A stretch of 32,000 nucleotides of DNA from Ferroglobus placidus DSM 10642. Lineage in GTDB: Archaea; Halobacteriota; Archaeoglobi; Archaeoglobales; Archaeoglobaceae. Position 1 is the first letter of the stretch; each line of letters opens with the position of its first letter. The DNA lies in NCBI RefSeq assembly GCF_000025505.1, contig NC_013849.1, positions 1,530,001-1,562,000 of the forward strand, read 5' to 3'. A program made the position numbers and the translations under genes. Shown here in pieces: positions 1 to 9,582 of the stretch. The notes beneath the pieces are model-generated. The model was not told the DNA's origin. It worked only from the letters and a program-made list of their open reading frames with translations, and ran no database searches.

Positions 1-298
1 AGCCGGCACTCTCGCGGTGAAGAAAACTTCAGAGTTAATTCCGATGTGTCATCCAATTCCGATAACCTCGGTAAAATTCGACTACGAATTTGAGGAAGAC
101 GGAATAAAAATGACGTGCGAAGTGAAGGCTTTTGCAAAAACCGGAGTGGAGATGGAAGCACTAACTGGAGTTAGTGTCGCTCTGCTTACCGTATGGGACA
201 TGGTGAAATCGATGGAGAAGGATGAAAGAGGCAATTACCCGGAGACAGCTATAAAAAATGTGAGGGTTGTCGAGAAAGTGAAGGTTCCTGATTTCTAA
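1..298 (+). CDS. moaC: Cyclic pyranopterin monophosphate synthase MoaC (C-terminal part, runs off left edge)
   Basis: The frame is open to the window edge and reads [21 protein letters not shown]...[29 protein letters not shown], typical MoaC motifs. The track's start at 17 is an internal Val (GTG). Confidence 0.93.
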   Translation, partial: AGTLAVKKTSELIPMCHPIPITSVKFDYEFEEDGIKMTCEVKAFAKTGVEMEALTGVSVALLTVWDMVKSMEKDERGNYPETAIKNVRVVEKVKVPDF

Positions 299-406
299 AA
301 ACCAAGGAGAATGTTGGACGCTTCTCTTTTTGAGATTTCCTCTCAGAAATTTGAAATATCGAAGTGGGGAAAACTTTTTTAACCTTTAATCCATGATACA
401 ATTATT

Positions 407-781
407 GTGATAATCAACAACCAACTGATGTTTCTCGAAAACAAGTTCGAATTTCTAAAGGGGGAGATAGAAAGGGCAAAGGAAGAGTACGAAAGGAGGA
501 TTGAAGAGATAGATCGCGAGGTAGACGAAATTTTCAGAAATCTTGAGAAAAGCGGAAAGAAGATAACGAACAGAATTCTTCTAAACCAGATTCTCGACGA
601 TTACATTCAGAAAAAGCTGGGGAAAGGTGAAATGGAAATTCTGAAAGAAATCGACATTTCGGCTAAAAAAAAGGAGAGAATCGTTTTTGCCAGGTACGGC
701 AAGTTTAACGTTCTTCTGAGAATAATCTACAAGGGTGAAAACAACTTTCAGATTCTGAACTGCGAGCTTTACGTAGTTTAG
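407..781 (+). CDS. Hypothetical protein, coiled-coil-like N-terminal half
   Basis: 124-aa ORF with charged heptad-like N-terminus, a Lys/Glu-rich composition and a TATA-like upstream region. No family recognised. The true start may be a downstream ATG (MFLENKFEF). Confidence 0.6.
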   Translation: MIINNQLMFLENKFEFLKGEIERAKEEYERRIEEIDREVDEIFRNLEKSGKKITNRILLNQILDDYIQKKLGKGEMEILKEIDISAKKKERIVFARYGKFNVLLRIIYKGENNFQILNCELYVV

Positions 782-818
782 ACAAAACCTTTTTAAGCTG
801 AACAGCTGTCCTCTTTTC

Positions 819-1001
819 ATGGGTAAGACCGGAACGACTCAGTGGATCAAGATAAGAGGAAGAAAAGGTCAGACGAGGCTTGTTCCGTCGAAATATCAGT
901 ATTACAAGAAGCCCGGGCCTAATCAGAAGTACACCTCCGACGGAAAAAGAAGGAGAAGGATAAAGAGGTCGCCGAAAAGCATAGTTGGAGCGAAAACTTA
1001 A
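819..1001 (+). CDS. Small basic archaeal protein, possibly DUF5350-like
   Basis: 60-aa very basic ORF MGKTGTTQWIKIRGRKGQTRLVPSKYQYYKKPGPNQKYTSDGKRRRRIKRS. Family name is from memory; coding status is likely from composition. Confidence 0.6.
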   Translation: MGKTGTTQWIKIRGRKGQTRLVPSKYQYYKKPGPNQKYTSDGKRRRRIKRSPKSIVGAKT

Positions 1002-1082
1002 CGTTACTTAGTTTTTTGAAATTGTTAAAATTTTGGTAAACGTTAAATTGCTTAATTGAGAATTTTGTACTGGGTGTAAAGA

Positions 1083-2402
1083 ATGGAAATCGCAAGCTTA
1101 GTTATCTCTCATAAAAAAGCTTCGATAGATGAAATTCAGAAGGCTTGGCACGGTGATTATAGAAGCTTAATTGAAAGGGTTTTAAAATATCCCGGAATTG
1201 AGGAATGCGTCATTTTAATGACTTGTAACCGCGTTGAGGTTTACGTTGTCGGAAACTACACAGAAAAAACGCTTTTAAAATTTGCGAAGGAAATGGGCGT
1301 TCCAGAAAGGATAATCGAAATCCATAAAAACGAAAAATGCATGGAGCACATTCTCAGAGTCGCTTCCGGATTGGAATCGATGATGGTTGGAGAAGATCAA
1401 ATTCTCGGACAGGTAAAAGACTTTTACAATTTGGGGAAGCAGCACGGTGGAATTGGAGAAATCTTGGACTTAATTTTCTCCAAAGCCATACAAGTTGGTA
1501 AGAGAGTTAGAAGGGAGACGAGAATAAATAAGGGAGCGATTTCTATAGGCAGTGCAGCTGTGGAGCTCGCTGAAAGGGTGTTGAAGAGCTTAAAAGGTAA
1601 AAAAGCACTTGTAGTTGGAGCGGGAAAAATGGCTGAGCTCGTCGCAAGATCTTTAGCTCATAAAAACCTTGAGAAAATTTACATAGCTAACAGAACTTTC
1701 CAGCGAGGAGAGAAGCTTGCCGAAAAGGTTGGAGGAATCGCAATTCCCCTCGACAAACTTGAAAGGTACATGGTTGAGGTAGATGTTGTTTTCACAGCCA
1801 CAGCCTCCCAAAAACCGATAATAACGAAGGAAATTGCCGAGAAGGTAATGGAAGTTAGAAAGGACGAATTAGTTATCGTAGACATAGCTCTGCCGAGGAA
1901 TGTTGAAAAAGACGTGGGAAGTGTAGAAGGAATTAGGCTTTTCACGATAGACGATTTGAGAGAAATAAGCGAAGAAAACTTAAAAAGAAGGCTTAAAGAG
2001 GCTGAAAAAGCAGAAAAAATCGTTGAGGAAGAATTGGAAAACCTGAAGAACAAGCTTAAGGAGTTAAGGTCGAGAAAGGCTTTGAGGCTGATGTATTCGA
2101 GATGCGAGGATGTGAAGAAGGAGGAAATTATTGAGTTTTACAACAAGCTTAAAGCGAAGTACAACGTTGACGAGTCGGTTTTGCCGATAATAGAAGATTT
2201 TCTGAATTCTTTCATGAAAAAATATCTGAGGTTGCCTACAGTTAGACTGAAAGAGGCTGCTATAAACGGTAAGCCGGAAGTTATCGAGGCTGTGGAGTTT
2301 TTGTTCGGAGGTGAAGACTTTGGAGTTTCCAAAGCTGAGAATGAGGAGGTTGAGAAAAGACAAAATCCGTCCTCTTCTGAAAGAAACGAAATTGTCTGCT
2401 GA
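1083..2402 (+). CDS. hemA: Glutamyl-tRNA reductase
   Basis: 439 aa; [45 protein letters not shown] and [10 protein letters not shown] motifs; followed by hemB, hemL and hemC. Confidence 0.96.
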   Translation: MEIASLVISHKKASIDEIQKAWHGDYRSLIERVLKYPGIEECVILMTCNRVEVYVVGNYTEKTLLKFAKEMGVPERIIEIHKNEKCMEHILRVASGLESMMVGEDQILGQVKDFYNLGKQHGGIGEILDLIFSKAIQVGKRVRRETRINKGAISIGSAAVELAERVLKSLKGKKALVVGAGKMAELVARSLAHKNLEKIYIANRTFQRGEKLAEKVGGIAIPLDKLERYMVEVDVVFTATASQKPIITKEIAEKVMEVRKDELVIVDIALPRNVEKDVGSVEGIRLFTIDDLREISEENLKRRLKEAEKAEKIVEEELENLKNKLKELRSRKALRLMYSRCEDVKKEEIIEFYNKLKAKYNVDESVLPIIEDFLNSFMKKYLRLPTVRLKEAAINGKPEVIEAVEFLFGGEDFGVSKAENEEVEKRQNPSSSERNEIVC

Positions 2403-3285
2403 AGATCTTATAATGCCCATCTTCGTCGACGAAAACATCTCTTCTCCCAAGGAAATTCCCTCCATGCCAGGCTACTTCAGACTTCCCATTGACGGAGCCG
2501 TGAAGGAAGTCGGGGAAGCTCTCGAGAAGGGAATCAGAGCTTTCATATTTTTCGGAATTCCCTCCTACAAAGACGAAATCGGCTCTTCAGCCTTCGACGA
2601 TAACGGAGTTATACAGAAGACGTTGAGAAAAGTGAAGAAGGATTATGAAGATGCTGTTTTAATAACGGACGTTTGCTTGTGCGAGTACACGACTCATGGA
2701 CATTGCGGAGTTGTAAAGGACAAGGTAATTTTGAACGACCCAACTCTGCCGATTCTCGGAAAGATAGCTGTGAGCCACGCTAAAGCTGGAGCTGACATAG
2801 TTGCTCCCTCCGGAATGATGGACGGGATGGTCAAGGCTATAAGAGAAGCTTTGGACGAAAACGGATTTGAGGATGTTGCCATAATGAGTTACTCCGCTAA
2901 ATACGCCTCTTCGTTCTACGGACCTTTTAGAGAAGCTGCTGAAAGTGGATACGCTTTCGGAGACAGGAAAAGCTATCAGATGGACATTCACAACTCCGAC
3001 GAGGCTTTGAGGGAAGTGGAGCTCGACTTAAAGGAAGGAGCCGACATAGTGATGGTCAAACCAGCTTTGGCTTACCTCGACATAATTTGGAGAGTAAAAG
3101 AAAAATTCAAAGTTCCCGTGGCAGCTTACAACGTCAGCGGGGAGTATTCAATGGTTAAAGCTGCAGCAAAACTTGGTTTTTTGAAGGAAGAGGACATAGT
3201 TTACGAGATTCTCGTCTCGATTAAAAGGGCTGGGGCTGATTTGATTCTAACTTATCACGCGAAAGAAATAGCGGAGGTTTTGTAG
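2320..3285 (+). CDS. hemB: Delta-aminolevulinic acid dehydratase (porphobilinogen synthase)
   Basis: [39 protein letters not shown] and [11 protein letters not shown] motifs. The track start is GTG 2311, but GGAGGTG (2307-2313) is well spaced for TTG 2320 ([12 protein letters not shown]). Confidence 0.92.
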   Translation: MEFPKLRMRRLRKDKIRPLLKETKLSAEDLIMPIFVDENISSPKEIPSMPGYFRLPIDGAVKEVGEALEKGIRAFIFFGIPSYKDEIGSSAFDDNGVIQKTLRKVKKDYEDAVLITDVCLCEYTTHGHCGVVKDKVILNDPTLPILGKIAVSHAKAGADIVAPSGMMDGMVKAIREALDENGFEDVAIMSYSAKYASSFYGPFREAAESGYAFGDRKSYQMDIHNSDEALREVELDLKEGADIVMVKPALAYLDIIWRVKEKFKVPVAAYNVSGEYSMVKAAAKLGFLKEEDIVYEILVSIKRAGADLILTYHAKEIAEVL

Positions 3286-4533
3286 ATGTGGGAAAAATCA
3301 AAGGAGCTTTACGAAGTTGCCAAAAATTTAATGCCCGGCGGAGTCAGCAGTCCCGTAAGAGCCGTAAAGCCTTATCCCTTCTACACGGCAAAAGCGAAAG
3401 GATCCAAGATTTACGACGTTGACGGAAATGAATACGTAGACTACTGCATGGCTTACGGACCGCTCATTCTCGGACATGCGAACGAGGAGGTTAAGGAGAA
3501 GGTTGTCGAGCAGCTTGAGAATGGCTGGATATACGGGACTCCGGTAGAGCTCGAAATAGAGTACGCTAAAATCATAAGAAAGCTTTACCCGTCAATAGAG
3601 ATGCTCAGGTTTACGAACACCGGAAGCGAAGCAACGATGGCTGCTTTGAGGGTTGCGAGAGGATTCACGGGAAGAAACAAAATTCTGAAAGTCGAAGGGA
3701 GCTTTCACGGAGCTCACGATGCGGTTCTCGTTAAAGCCGGAAGCGGAGCGACAACGCACGGAATTCCGAACTCAGCCGGAGTTCCTGAAGATTTCGTTAA
3801 GCACACGTTGCAAGTCCCCTTTAACGATGTTGAAACATTAGCTGAGATCGTGGAGAAAAATTCTGAGGAGCTGGCAGCTCTGATACTTGAGCCGGTTATG
3901 GGTAACTCTTCCCTCATACTTCCGGAGGAGGATTATTTGAAGGAGGTCAGAAAGATAACGAAAGAAAACGACGTTCTCCTCATTTTCGATGAAGTAATAA
4001 CGGGATTCAGACTCGCTTTGGGGGGAGCTCAGGAATATTACGGAGTTAAGCCGGATTTAACGACCCTCGGCAAGATAGCGGGGGGAGGATTTCCTATAGG
4101 TATTTTCGGAGGGAGAAAAGAGATTATGGAGCTCGTAGCTCCTTCAGGTCCTGTTTACCAAGCTGGAACTTTCAGCGGGAATCCCGTGAGCTTGATAGCC
4201 GGAAAGACTACCGTGGAAATTCTGATGAGGGACAATCCCTACAAAGAGCTCGAGGAGAAAACGAGAAGTCTCGTAGAAAGCGTAAGCGAAAAAGTTGAGA
4301 AGGAGTGCATAGCTTCGATGTTCTGCTTTTACTTTGGAGAGAAGCCGAAAAACTACGCTGATGCTCTAAAGCTCGACAAGAACAAGTTCGTGGAATTTTA
4401 CTGGAAGCTTTTAAAGAAAGGAGTCTTCTTCCCTCCGTCTCAATACGAAACCTGCTTTGTAAGCACTGCTCACAGCTACGAGGATATTGAGAAGACTGCA
4501 GAGGCGGTAAACCAATGTCTGAGAGAGTTGTAA
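3286..4533 (+). CDS. hemL: Glutamate-1-semialdehyde 2,1-aminomutase
   Basis: [37 protein letters not shown] and [11 protein letters not shown]...[16 protein letters not shown] (PLP lysine region). Begins right after the hemB stop. Confidence 0.96.
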   Translation: MWEKSKELYEVAKNLMPGGVSSPVRAVKPYPFYTAKAKGSKIYDVDGNEYVDYCMAYGPLILGHANEEVKEKVVEQLENGWIYGTPVELEIEYAKIIRKLYPSIEMLRFTNTGSEATMAALRVARGFTGRNKILKVEGSFHGAHDAVLVKAGSGATTHGIPNSAGVPEDFVKHTLQVPFNDVETLAEIVEKNSEELAALILEPVMGNSSLILPEEDYLKEVRKITKENDVLLIFDEVITGFRLALGGAQEYYGVKPDLTTLGKIAGGGFPIGIFGGRKEIMELVAPSGPVYQAGTFSGNPVSLIAGKTTVEILMRDNPYKELEEKTRSLVESVSEKVEKECIASMFCFYFGEKPKNYADALKLDKNKFVEFYWKLLKKGVFFPPSQYETCFVSTAHSYEDIEKTAEAVNQCLREL

Positions 4534-5393
4534 TAGGGAGTAGAGGTAGCAAGTTGGCTTTAGCTCAAGCTGAAAAAGTAAAAAAACTCCTTGAGGAGAG
4601 AGATTTCGAAGTGGAGGTAAAAGTGATCAAAACCCACGGAGACATAATGAAGGACAAACCACTTCACGAATTTAAGGGCATGGGAGCTTTTGTTAGAGCG
4701 ATAGACGAGGCTTTGAAAAGGGGAGAAATAGATCTGGCTGTTCACAGCTACAAAGACGTTCCGAGTCAAAGGGTTGAAGGGACAGTGATAGCAGCCGTTC
4801 TTGAAAGAGAAAGCGCTTGCGACGCTTTCATTTCAAGAGAGGGTTTGAAGTTCGAAGAGATGCCCGTAGCATCTAAGATAGGAACGTCAAGCCTGAGAAG
4901 GAGGGCTTTCGTCAAAAAGCTCAGGAAAGACTTAGAGGTGGAAAATCTTAGGGGAAATCTGGACACGAGGCTTAGAAAGCTCAGAGAAGGTTTTTACGAT
5001 GGAATAATCGTTGCTGAAGCTGGATTAATCAGGCTCGGGTTGGATAAAGAGATCGAATACGAAAGGCTAAATCCGGAGGTTTTCGTTCCGTCAGCGAATC
5101 AGGGAGTTATTGCCGTAGCTTCGAGAGAAAACGAGGCTGAGCTCTTCTCCTTCCTCAACCACGAGAAAACGAGGCTTGAGACAGACGTTGAAAGAGCGGT
5201 TTTGAGGGAACTCGGGATAGGGTGCGCTATTCCAGCCGGGATATACGCAAAAGCCGAGGGAAAAGTTAGGCTGATCGTTGAGATTCTAAGCGAAGAGGGA
5301 GAGAAATCTGTCAGAGTCGACGAGAAGCTAAGCAAGGAGAATGCGGTGGAGGAAGCTGTGGAAATAGCTAAAAACCTTAAATCGTTTATATGA
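4515..5393 (+). CDS. hemC: Hydroxymethylbilane synthase (porphobilinogen deaminase)
   Basis: [46 protein letters not shown] and GIGCAIPAG. Confidence 0.96.
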   Translation: MSERVVIGSRGSKLALAQAEKVKKLLEERDFEVEVKVIKTHGDIMKDKPLHEFKGMGAFVRAIDEALKRGEIDLAVHSYKDVPSQRVEGTVIAAVLERESACDAFISREGLKFEEMPVASKIGTSSLRRRAFVKKLRKDLEVENLRGNLDTRLRKLREGFYDGIIVAEAGLIRLGLDKEIEYERLNPEVFVPSANQGVIAVASRENEAELFSFLNHEKTRLETDVERAVLRELGIGCAIPAGIYAKAEGKVRLIVEILSEEGEKSVRVDEKLSKENAVEEAVEIAKNLKSFI

Positions 5394-6193
5394 GCGGTAA
5401 AGTCTTTATCGTAGGAGCTGGACCGGGAGATCCGGGGCTTATTACGGTAAAAGCTCTCAAAGCTTTGAAGCTTGCTGACGTTGTTTTGGTTGACGAGCTC
5501 GTTAGCGAAGAAATTCTCGAGTTGCTCAAAGAGCTTGGAAAGGAGATAATCGACGTGGGAAAAAGGAGTGGAAGACACAAAAAGACTCAAGAAGAAATCA
5601 ACGAGCTTCTCGTGAAACTCGCGAAGGAGGGTAAAAAAGTTGTTAGGTTGAAGGGAGGAGACCCCTTCGTTTTCGGAAGAGGGGGAGAAGAAATAGAATT
5701 TCTCGCGGAAAACGGTATAGAGTTTGAAGTCGTTCCGGGAATTTCTTCTTCAACAGCCGTTCCGGCTTACGCCGGAATCCCGGTAACGCATAGAAAATAC
5801 GATCCGGCTTTGGTCATCATCACCGGAAGGCAGGAAAGAGAAAGGCTGAACTGGGAGGCTTTGGCAAAGCTGAATTCCACCATCGTGATTTTAATGGGCG
5901 TAGGAACTTTGGAGGAGAACGTGAGAAAGCTCATCGAATTCGGAAAAGATCCCGAAACGCCTGTGGCTATAATTCAAAACGGAACAACTGAAGAGCAGAA
6001 GGTAGTCGTTGGAAAGCTCGAGAACATAGTTGAAAAAGCCGAAAAGGAAGGAGTCAAGCCTCCGGCGGTTATAGTCATAGGTGGAGTTGTTGAAATACTA
6101 AAAAAGGTTGAGAACTTCATTAAAAACGTTAAAAGCTCCGAAGAGCTGTCCGTGGGTAAAAAAGAGCTTTTTAATCTGATTTCTCAGCTTTAA
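5390..6193 (+). CDS. cobA: Uroporphyrinogen-III C-methyltransferase (SUMT)
   Basis: VFIVGAGPGDPGLITVKALKAL, VVRLKGGDPFVFGRGGEEIEFL, VVPGISSSTAVPAYAGIPVTHR. 4-nt overlap with hemC. Confidence 0.96.
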   Translation: MSGKVFIVGAGPGDPGLITVKALKALKLADVVLVDELVSEEILELLKELGKEIIDVGKRSGRHKKTQEEINELLVKLAKEGKKVVRLKGGDPFVFGRGGEEIEFLAENGIEFEVVPGISSSTAVPAYAGIPVTHRKYDPALVIITGRQERERLNWEALAKLNSTIVILMGVGTLEENVRKLIEFGKDPETPVAIIQNGTTEEQKVVVGKLENIVEKAEKEGVKPPAVIVIGGVVEILKKVENFIKNVKSSEELSVGKKELFNLISQL

Positions 6194-6868
6194 CAACCCA
6201 AACTCTTCTTTTTCGAATTCGAAGCCGTAGTGAACGTCAACCAAAACGAGTCCATTCGGAGGAGCAGCGGAAACAGCTCTTTCTCCTTTTAAAATTTTGA
6301 AAAACTCTTCTATTCCCTCCTTTCCGGCGATCATTAAAGAAGATGCCATTCTCCTCACCATGTTCCAAGCGAAGGCGTTGGCTTTTATCGAGAAGTATAT
6401 CAAATTACCCCTCTTTTCCACATCGCTCTCGTAAACTTCTCTGACGCAGCTCTCACTTCCTCTCACGAAAATTCCGAAATCGTGCTTCCCTACGAAATGC
6501 TTAGCAGCCTCTTTCATTTCCTCCAGGTTGTACCCTTCGTCCAAGATAACGTAGCAGTACTTCCTCCACTTCGCCTTCCTCGGCTTGAAGTTTTCATCAA
6601 CAACTTTGTAACCCCAGACGCTAACGTCTTCAGGCAGATTCGAGTTCAGCTTCTTCACGACTTTCTTCGAAAATTCCTCTAAATCCGTTGCGAAAACGTT
6701 TCCTATCGCGTGAACGCCGGCATCTGTTCTTCCCGCAAACATTATCTTGCCGTACTCTATTCCAGCCTTTTCGAAAGCTTTCCTTATCTCTCCCTCCACG
6801 GTTCTTAACTCCGGCTGGTACTGGGAGCCGTGAAAGTTCGTGCCGATGTAGGCTATCTTAAAAGCCAC
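6098..6868 (-). CDS. truA: tRNA pseudouridine synthase A
   Basis: KIAYIGTNFHGSQYQP, FAGRTDAGVHAIGNV, NLPEDVSVWG, RYCYVI, FVRRMASSLM-like segment (MVRRMASSLMIAGKE). Confidence 0.93.
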   Translation of the reverse strand: MAFKIAYIGTNFHGSQYQPELRTVEGEIRKAFEKAGIEYGKIMFAGRTDAGVHAIGNVFATDLEEFSKKVVKKLNSNLPEDVSVWGYKVVDENFKPRKAKWRKYCYVILDEGYNLEEMKEAAKHFVGKHDFGIFVRGSESCVREVYESDVEKRGNLIYFSIKANAFAWNMVRRMASSLMIAGKEGIEEFFKILKGERAVSAAPPNGLVLVDVHYGFEFEKEEFGLLKLRNQIKKLFFTHGQLFGAFNVFNEVLNLF

Positions 6869-6870
6869 CC

Positions 6871-7662
6871 TCAGCAGTTCATCCCTCCTCTCAGCAAATC
6901 TCCGAGAACGTTAACGTTTCTGTCGTGCAAAGAGTAGTTTATCCTCTTGTAGATTCTTATCTTTTCGAGATCGATTCTCGCCGAAATCAAAGCCTCTTCG
7001 TTCTCGTTTTCGTAAGAAGCGAGAATGCCTTCGTGAGAGGCTATTAGGCTCCTCCCAACGCACTCTTCCCCTAAGAACGTGTAGCCAACTCCTCCGGCTT
7101 TAACTATGGCGTAAGCGTTGTCAAAAGCTCTGGAAAAGTATAGGCAGTGCCTCAATCTTTGGGAAGGCAATTCAGATCTCTTAAAGCTTACAACAGGATT
7201 CAAAACGATTTCAGCTCCTTTTAAAGCAGCAACTCTGCAAAGCTCCGGATAGAGTATGTCGGCACATATTAGTGCCGCGAACTTTACCCCCTTTATTTCG
7301 AAGATCTCAAGCTTTCTGCCGCATCTGATTCCGAGCTCCCTTTCGCTTCTCGTCGGATGAAGCTTGTCCTGAGTGGCTACAAGCTCCCCTTTTTCGAAAA
7401 CGTAGATCGTGTTGTAGTAGCCGTCTTCGTCTTTTCTTATAACGTTTCCAGCGAGAACCGCTTGATATTCTTCGCTTTTTTCTCTCAGCCATTCCAGAGT
7501 CTTTTTAGACGTTTCCAAGCTCGTGTCTCCTACTTTGTAGGAAAAGTACTCCGGGAGAAGGAAAATTTCAACTCCCTCGTTTAAACCTTTCTCGATTAGC
7601 TTTTCCGCACTTTTAAAAGCTTCGCCAACTCCTACTCTACACTGAACAGCCGAAACTATCAC
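6871..7662 (-). CDS. Carbon-nitrogen hydrolase (nitrilase/amidohydrolase superfamily)
   Basis: Glu-Lys-Cys triad context: LLPEYFSYK, DKLHPTRSERELG, FAALICADILYPE. Confidence 0.88.
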   Translation of the reverse strand: MIVSAVQCRVGVGEAFKSAEKLIEKGLNEGVEIFLLPEYFSYKVGDTSLETSKKTLEWLREKSEEYQAVLAGNVIRKDEDGYYNTIYVFEKGELVATQDKLHPTRSERELGIRCGRKLEIFEIKGVKFAALICADILYPELCRVAALKGAEIVLNPVVSFKRSELPSQRLRHCLYFSRAFDNAYAIVKAGGVGYTFLGEECVGRSLIASHEGILASYENENEEALISARIDLEKIRIYKRINYSLHDRNVNVLGDLLRGGMNC

Positions 7663-7698
7663 GAAGTTATTTCAAAAAATTGGGTAATAAAACGTTTT

Positions 7699-7974
7699 CT
7701 AAAGCTCGCTCCTCCTTCTCTTCCCGAGCTTTCCGGGCTGGACGATTCCCAAGTTTCTCGCACACTTAGGGCAGTAGTACTTCTTCTGCATGTATACGTG
7801 AACGTTCTTCCTCCCAACAAGCCTAACAAGCTCCGGATCGAGCCTCAAGCCGGAATAAGAGACGAAAGTTTTGAAGCGAGGAACGTTTCTCCCGCAACCG
7901 TCGCATCTGATGGTGTAATCCTTTCCTCTGCCGCTGCTCTGCTTATACTCCCTCTTGTAGGGAGCCTTTGTCAT
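7699..7974 (-). CDS. Zinc-ribbon protein resembling ribosomal protein S26e
   Basis: CxxC...CxxC arrangement: IRCDGCGRNVPRFKTFVSYSGLRLDPELVRLVGRKNVHVYMQKKYYCPKCARNLGIV, with a basic C-tail. Resembles the crenarchaeal/eukaryal S26e layout (CDRCGRRVP.DKA...YCVNCA). Confidence 0.6.
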   Translation of the reverse strand: MTKAPYKREYKQSSGRGKDYTIRCDGCGRNVPRFKTFVSYSGLRLDPELVRLVGRKNVHVYMQKKYYCPKCARNLGIVQPGKLGKRRRSEL

Positions 7975-8007
7975 ACGTTAATTTGTTTACCTTTAAACAT
8001 AATAAAC

Positions 8008-9582
8008 CTATCGGCTACGCTTCTTCAAAACCGCCACAACTGCAACGGTTATTAACGCTACTACTGCAAGCAGTGTAATTCTGTCGGTCATTTTCCTCTG
8101 TTTAACGAGCAAGTACGCGTAAAACGTTCCCGTAAATTCCTTCCCCTCTAAGTCTTCCGCTTTGTAAGTTAGGTCAATTCTATACTCGTTTCCGGAGATA
8201 ACGTCATCGTCCACATCGACTCTGAAACTCACGTTTATCCTTTCACCTTTTTTCAGCTCCGACGCGAAAGCCTCTGGCATCTTGAGTTTTATTCCGGGGC
8301 TTGGATTAAGCTTAAAATGAATGTTCTTAGCATCTCCACCGACGTTGATTATTTCGAGAGTCACGATGTTCTCTCCGTGATACACGACGGGTTTATTTAA
8401 AACTTCGAAGTCGGGCTCTTCCTCAATCAACAAGCTTACGGATTTTTCGATCGCTCTCTCTTCAATTTTTGAAGCGAGAATTTCGTACTTAGCCGAAATC
8501 CTCACATCTTTACTCCCGAAATCTGCGTCCTCTTCGACTCTGTACGGAACTTTAACGACCCTCACTTCTCCGGAATTAAGGTAACCGATGAGAAACCTCT
8601 TTGCATAAAATTCGACTCCTTCAGGTTCTGAGATGGTGAATTCGAGACCCTTAATTGGGTAAAGGTAGTTGTTCATGACAAAGAGTTCGAGTACACCGCT
8701 TTCGCCTCTTTTTAACTTCTCCTTACCAACGCCGAACTCGACGCCTTTACCGATTTTTTCGACGAAAATTTTGAACGTAACTTCGTCAAAACCGTCCGAC
8801 CACTTCTCTCCATCGAAGTACGTGTAGTTTATCTTTGCAGTTACGTTCACTTCTCCTTCTTTTTCCGACTTAACGTAGAACTCTACGACGGAAATCGACG
8901 AAGGCTGTAAGCGGGGAATTACTACTCTCTCTGGCTGAATAACTTCTATACCCTCTAAAGATACCTCGACGTTTCTCGCGTCAGATAAACCAACGTTAGC
9001 CAATTGTAGAGCTATCCTGTTCTGTTCCGAGGCGTATATAGTTTTAGTTAGAGGATAAACTCTGAATTTCGGCTCGACCGTTTGGAAGATCTCTACTTCT
9101 ATCGGTATCTCCACCGTCTCTTTTTTATAGAAGTAGTCGACTTCGTAGCTTTCCGAAACGTTTCCCGACACTTCTACGTACCTTATTCTCTCATAAGTAA
9201 CTTTAAGAATCATTGTTTGTTTTCCGGAAAGATTGTAGGGTGTCGAAATTTGAAAGCTAACGATTTGCTGGGAATTGGCGGGTAGAACGGGTATTCTCAC
9301 CCGTTCCGTTAAAACCTTTATTTTCTCCGATTCGAGCTATATGGTGAGGTTGTAAGCGTTCAGCGACATGTTGTAGGCGATTTCTTCTTCTAAGGTTCCT
9401 CTTTCAGCCCACTCGTGTTTTGCTACATTCAGCAAAACTATTTTCAATTCCTGAACTTCTCCGGCTTGAAGCGATTTAGTTAATACGTAAGCGTCCAGTT
9501 CCGGCTTGTCGGTAACGACAACGCCGTTAGCCGAGCCAAAAATTGAAATCAGAAAAATTGCGACAAAAAGGATTTTTCTCAT
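8008..9582 (-). pseudogene. COG1361/S-layer-like exported membrane-anchored protein, interrupted by one in-frame TAG
   Basis: The two track ORFs 9337..9582 (signal peptide MRKILFVAIFLISIFGSANG) and 8008..9300 (C-terminal TM ITLLAVVALITVAVVAVL) are in the same frame. Only TAG 9337-9339 separates them: ...NAYNLTI*LESEKIKVLTERVRIPVLPAN.... ATGA overlap with the upstream permease gene. Confidence 0.75.

Noticed and set aside
9337-9339. The TAG as a pyrrolysine codon
   Set aside because: No PYLIS-like support or pyl genes are visible in the window, TAG ends hemB normally, and a surface protein is not a typical Pyl target. Kept only as an outside possibility in the finding.
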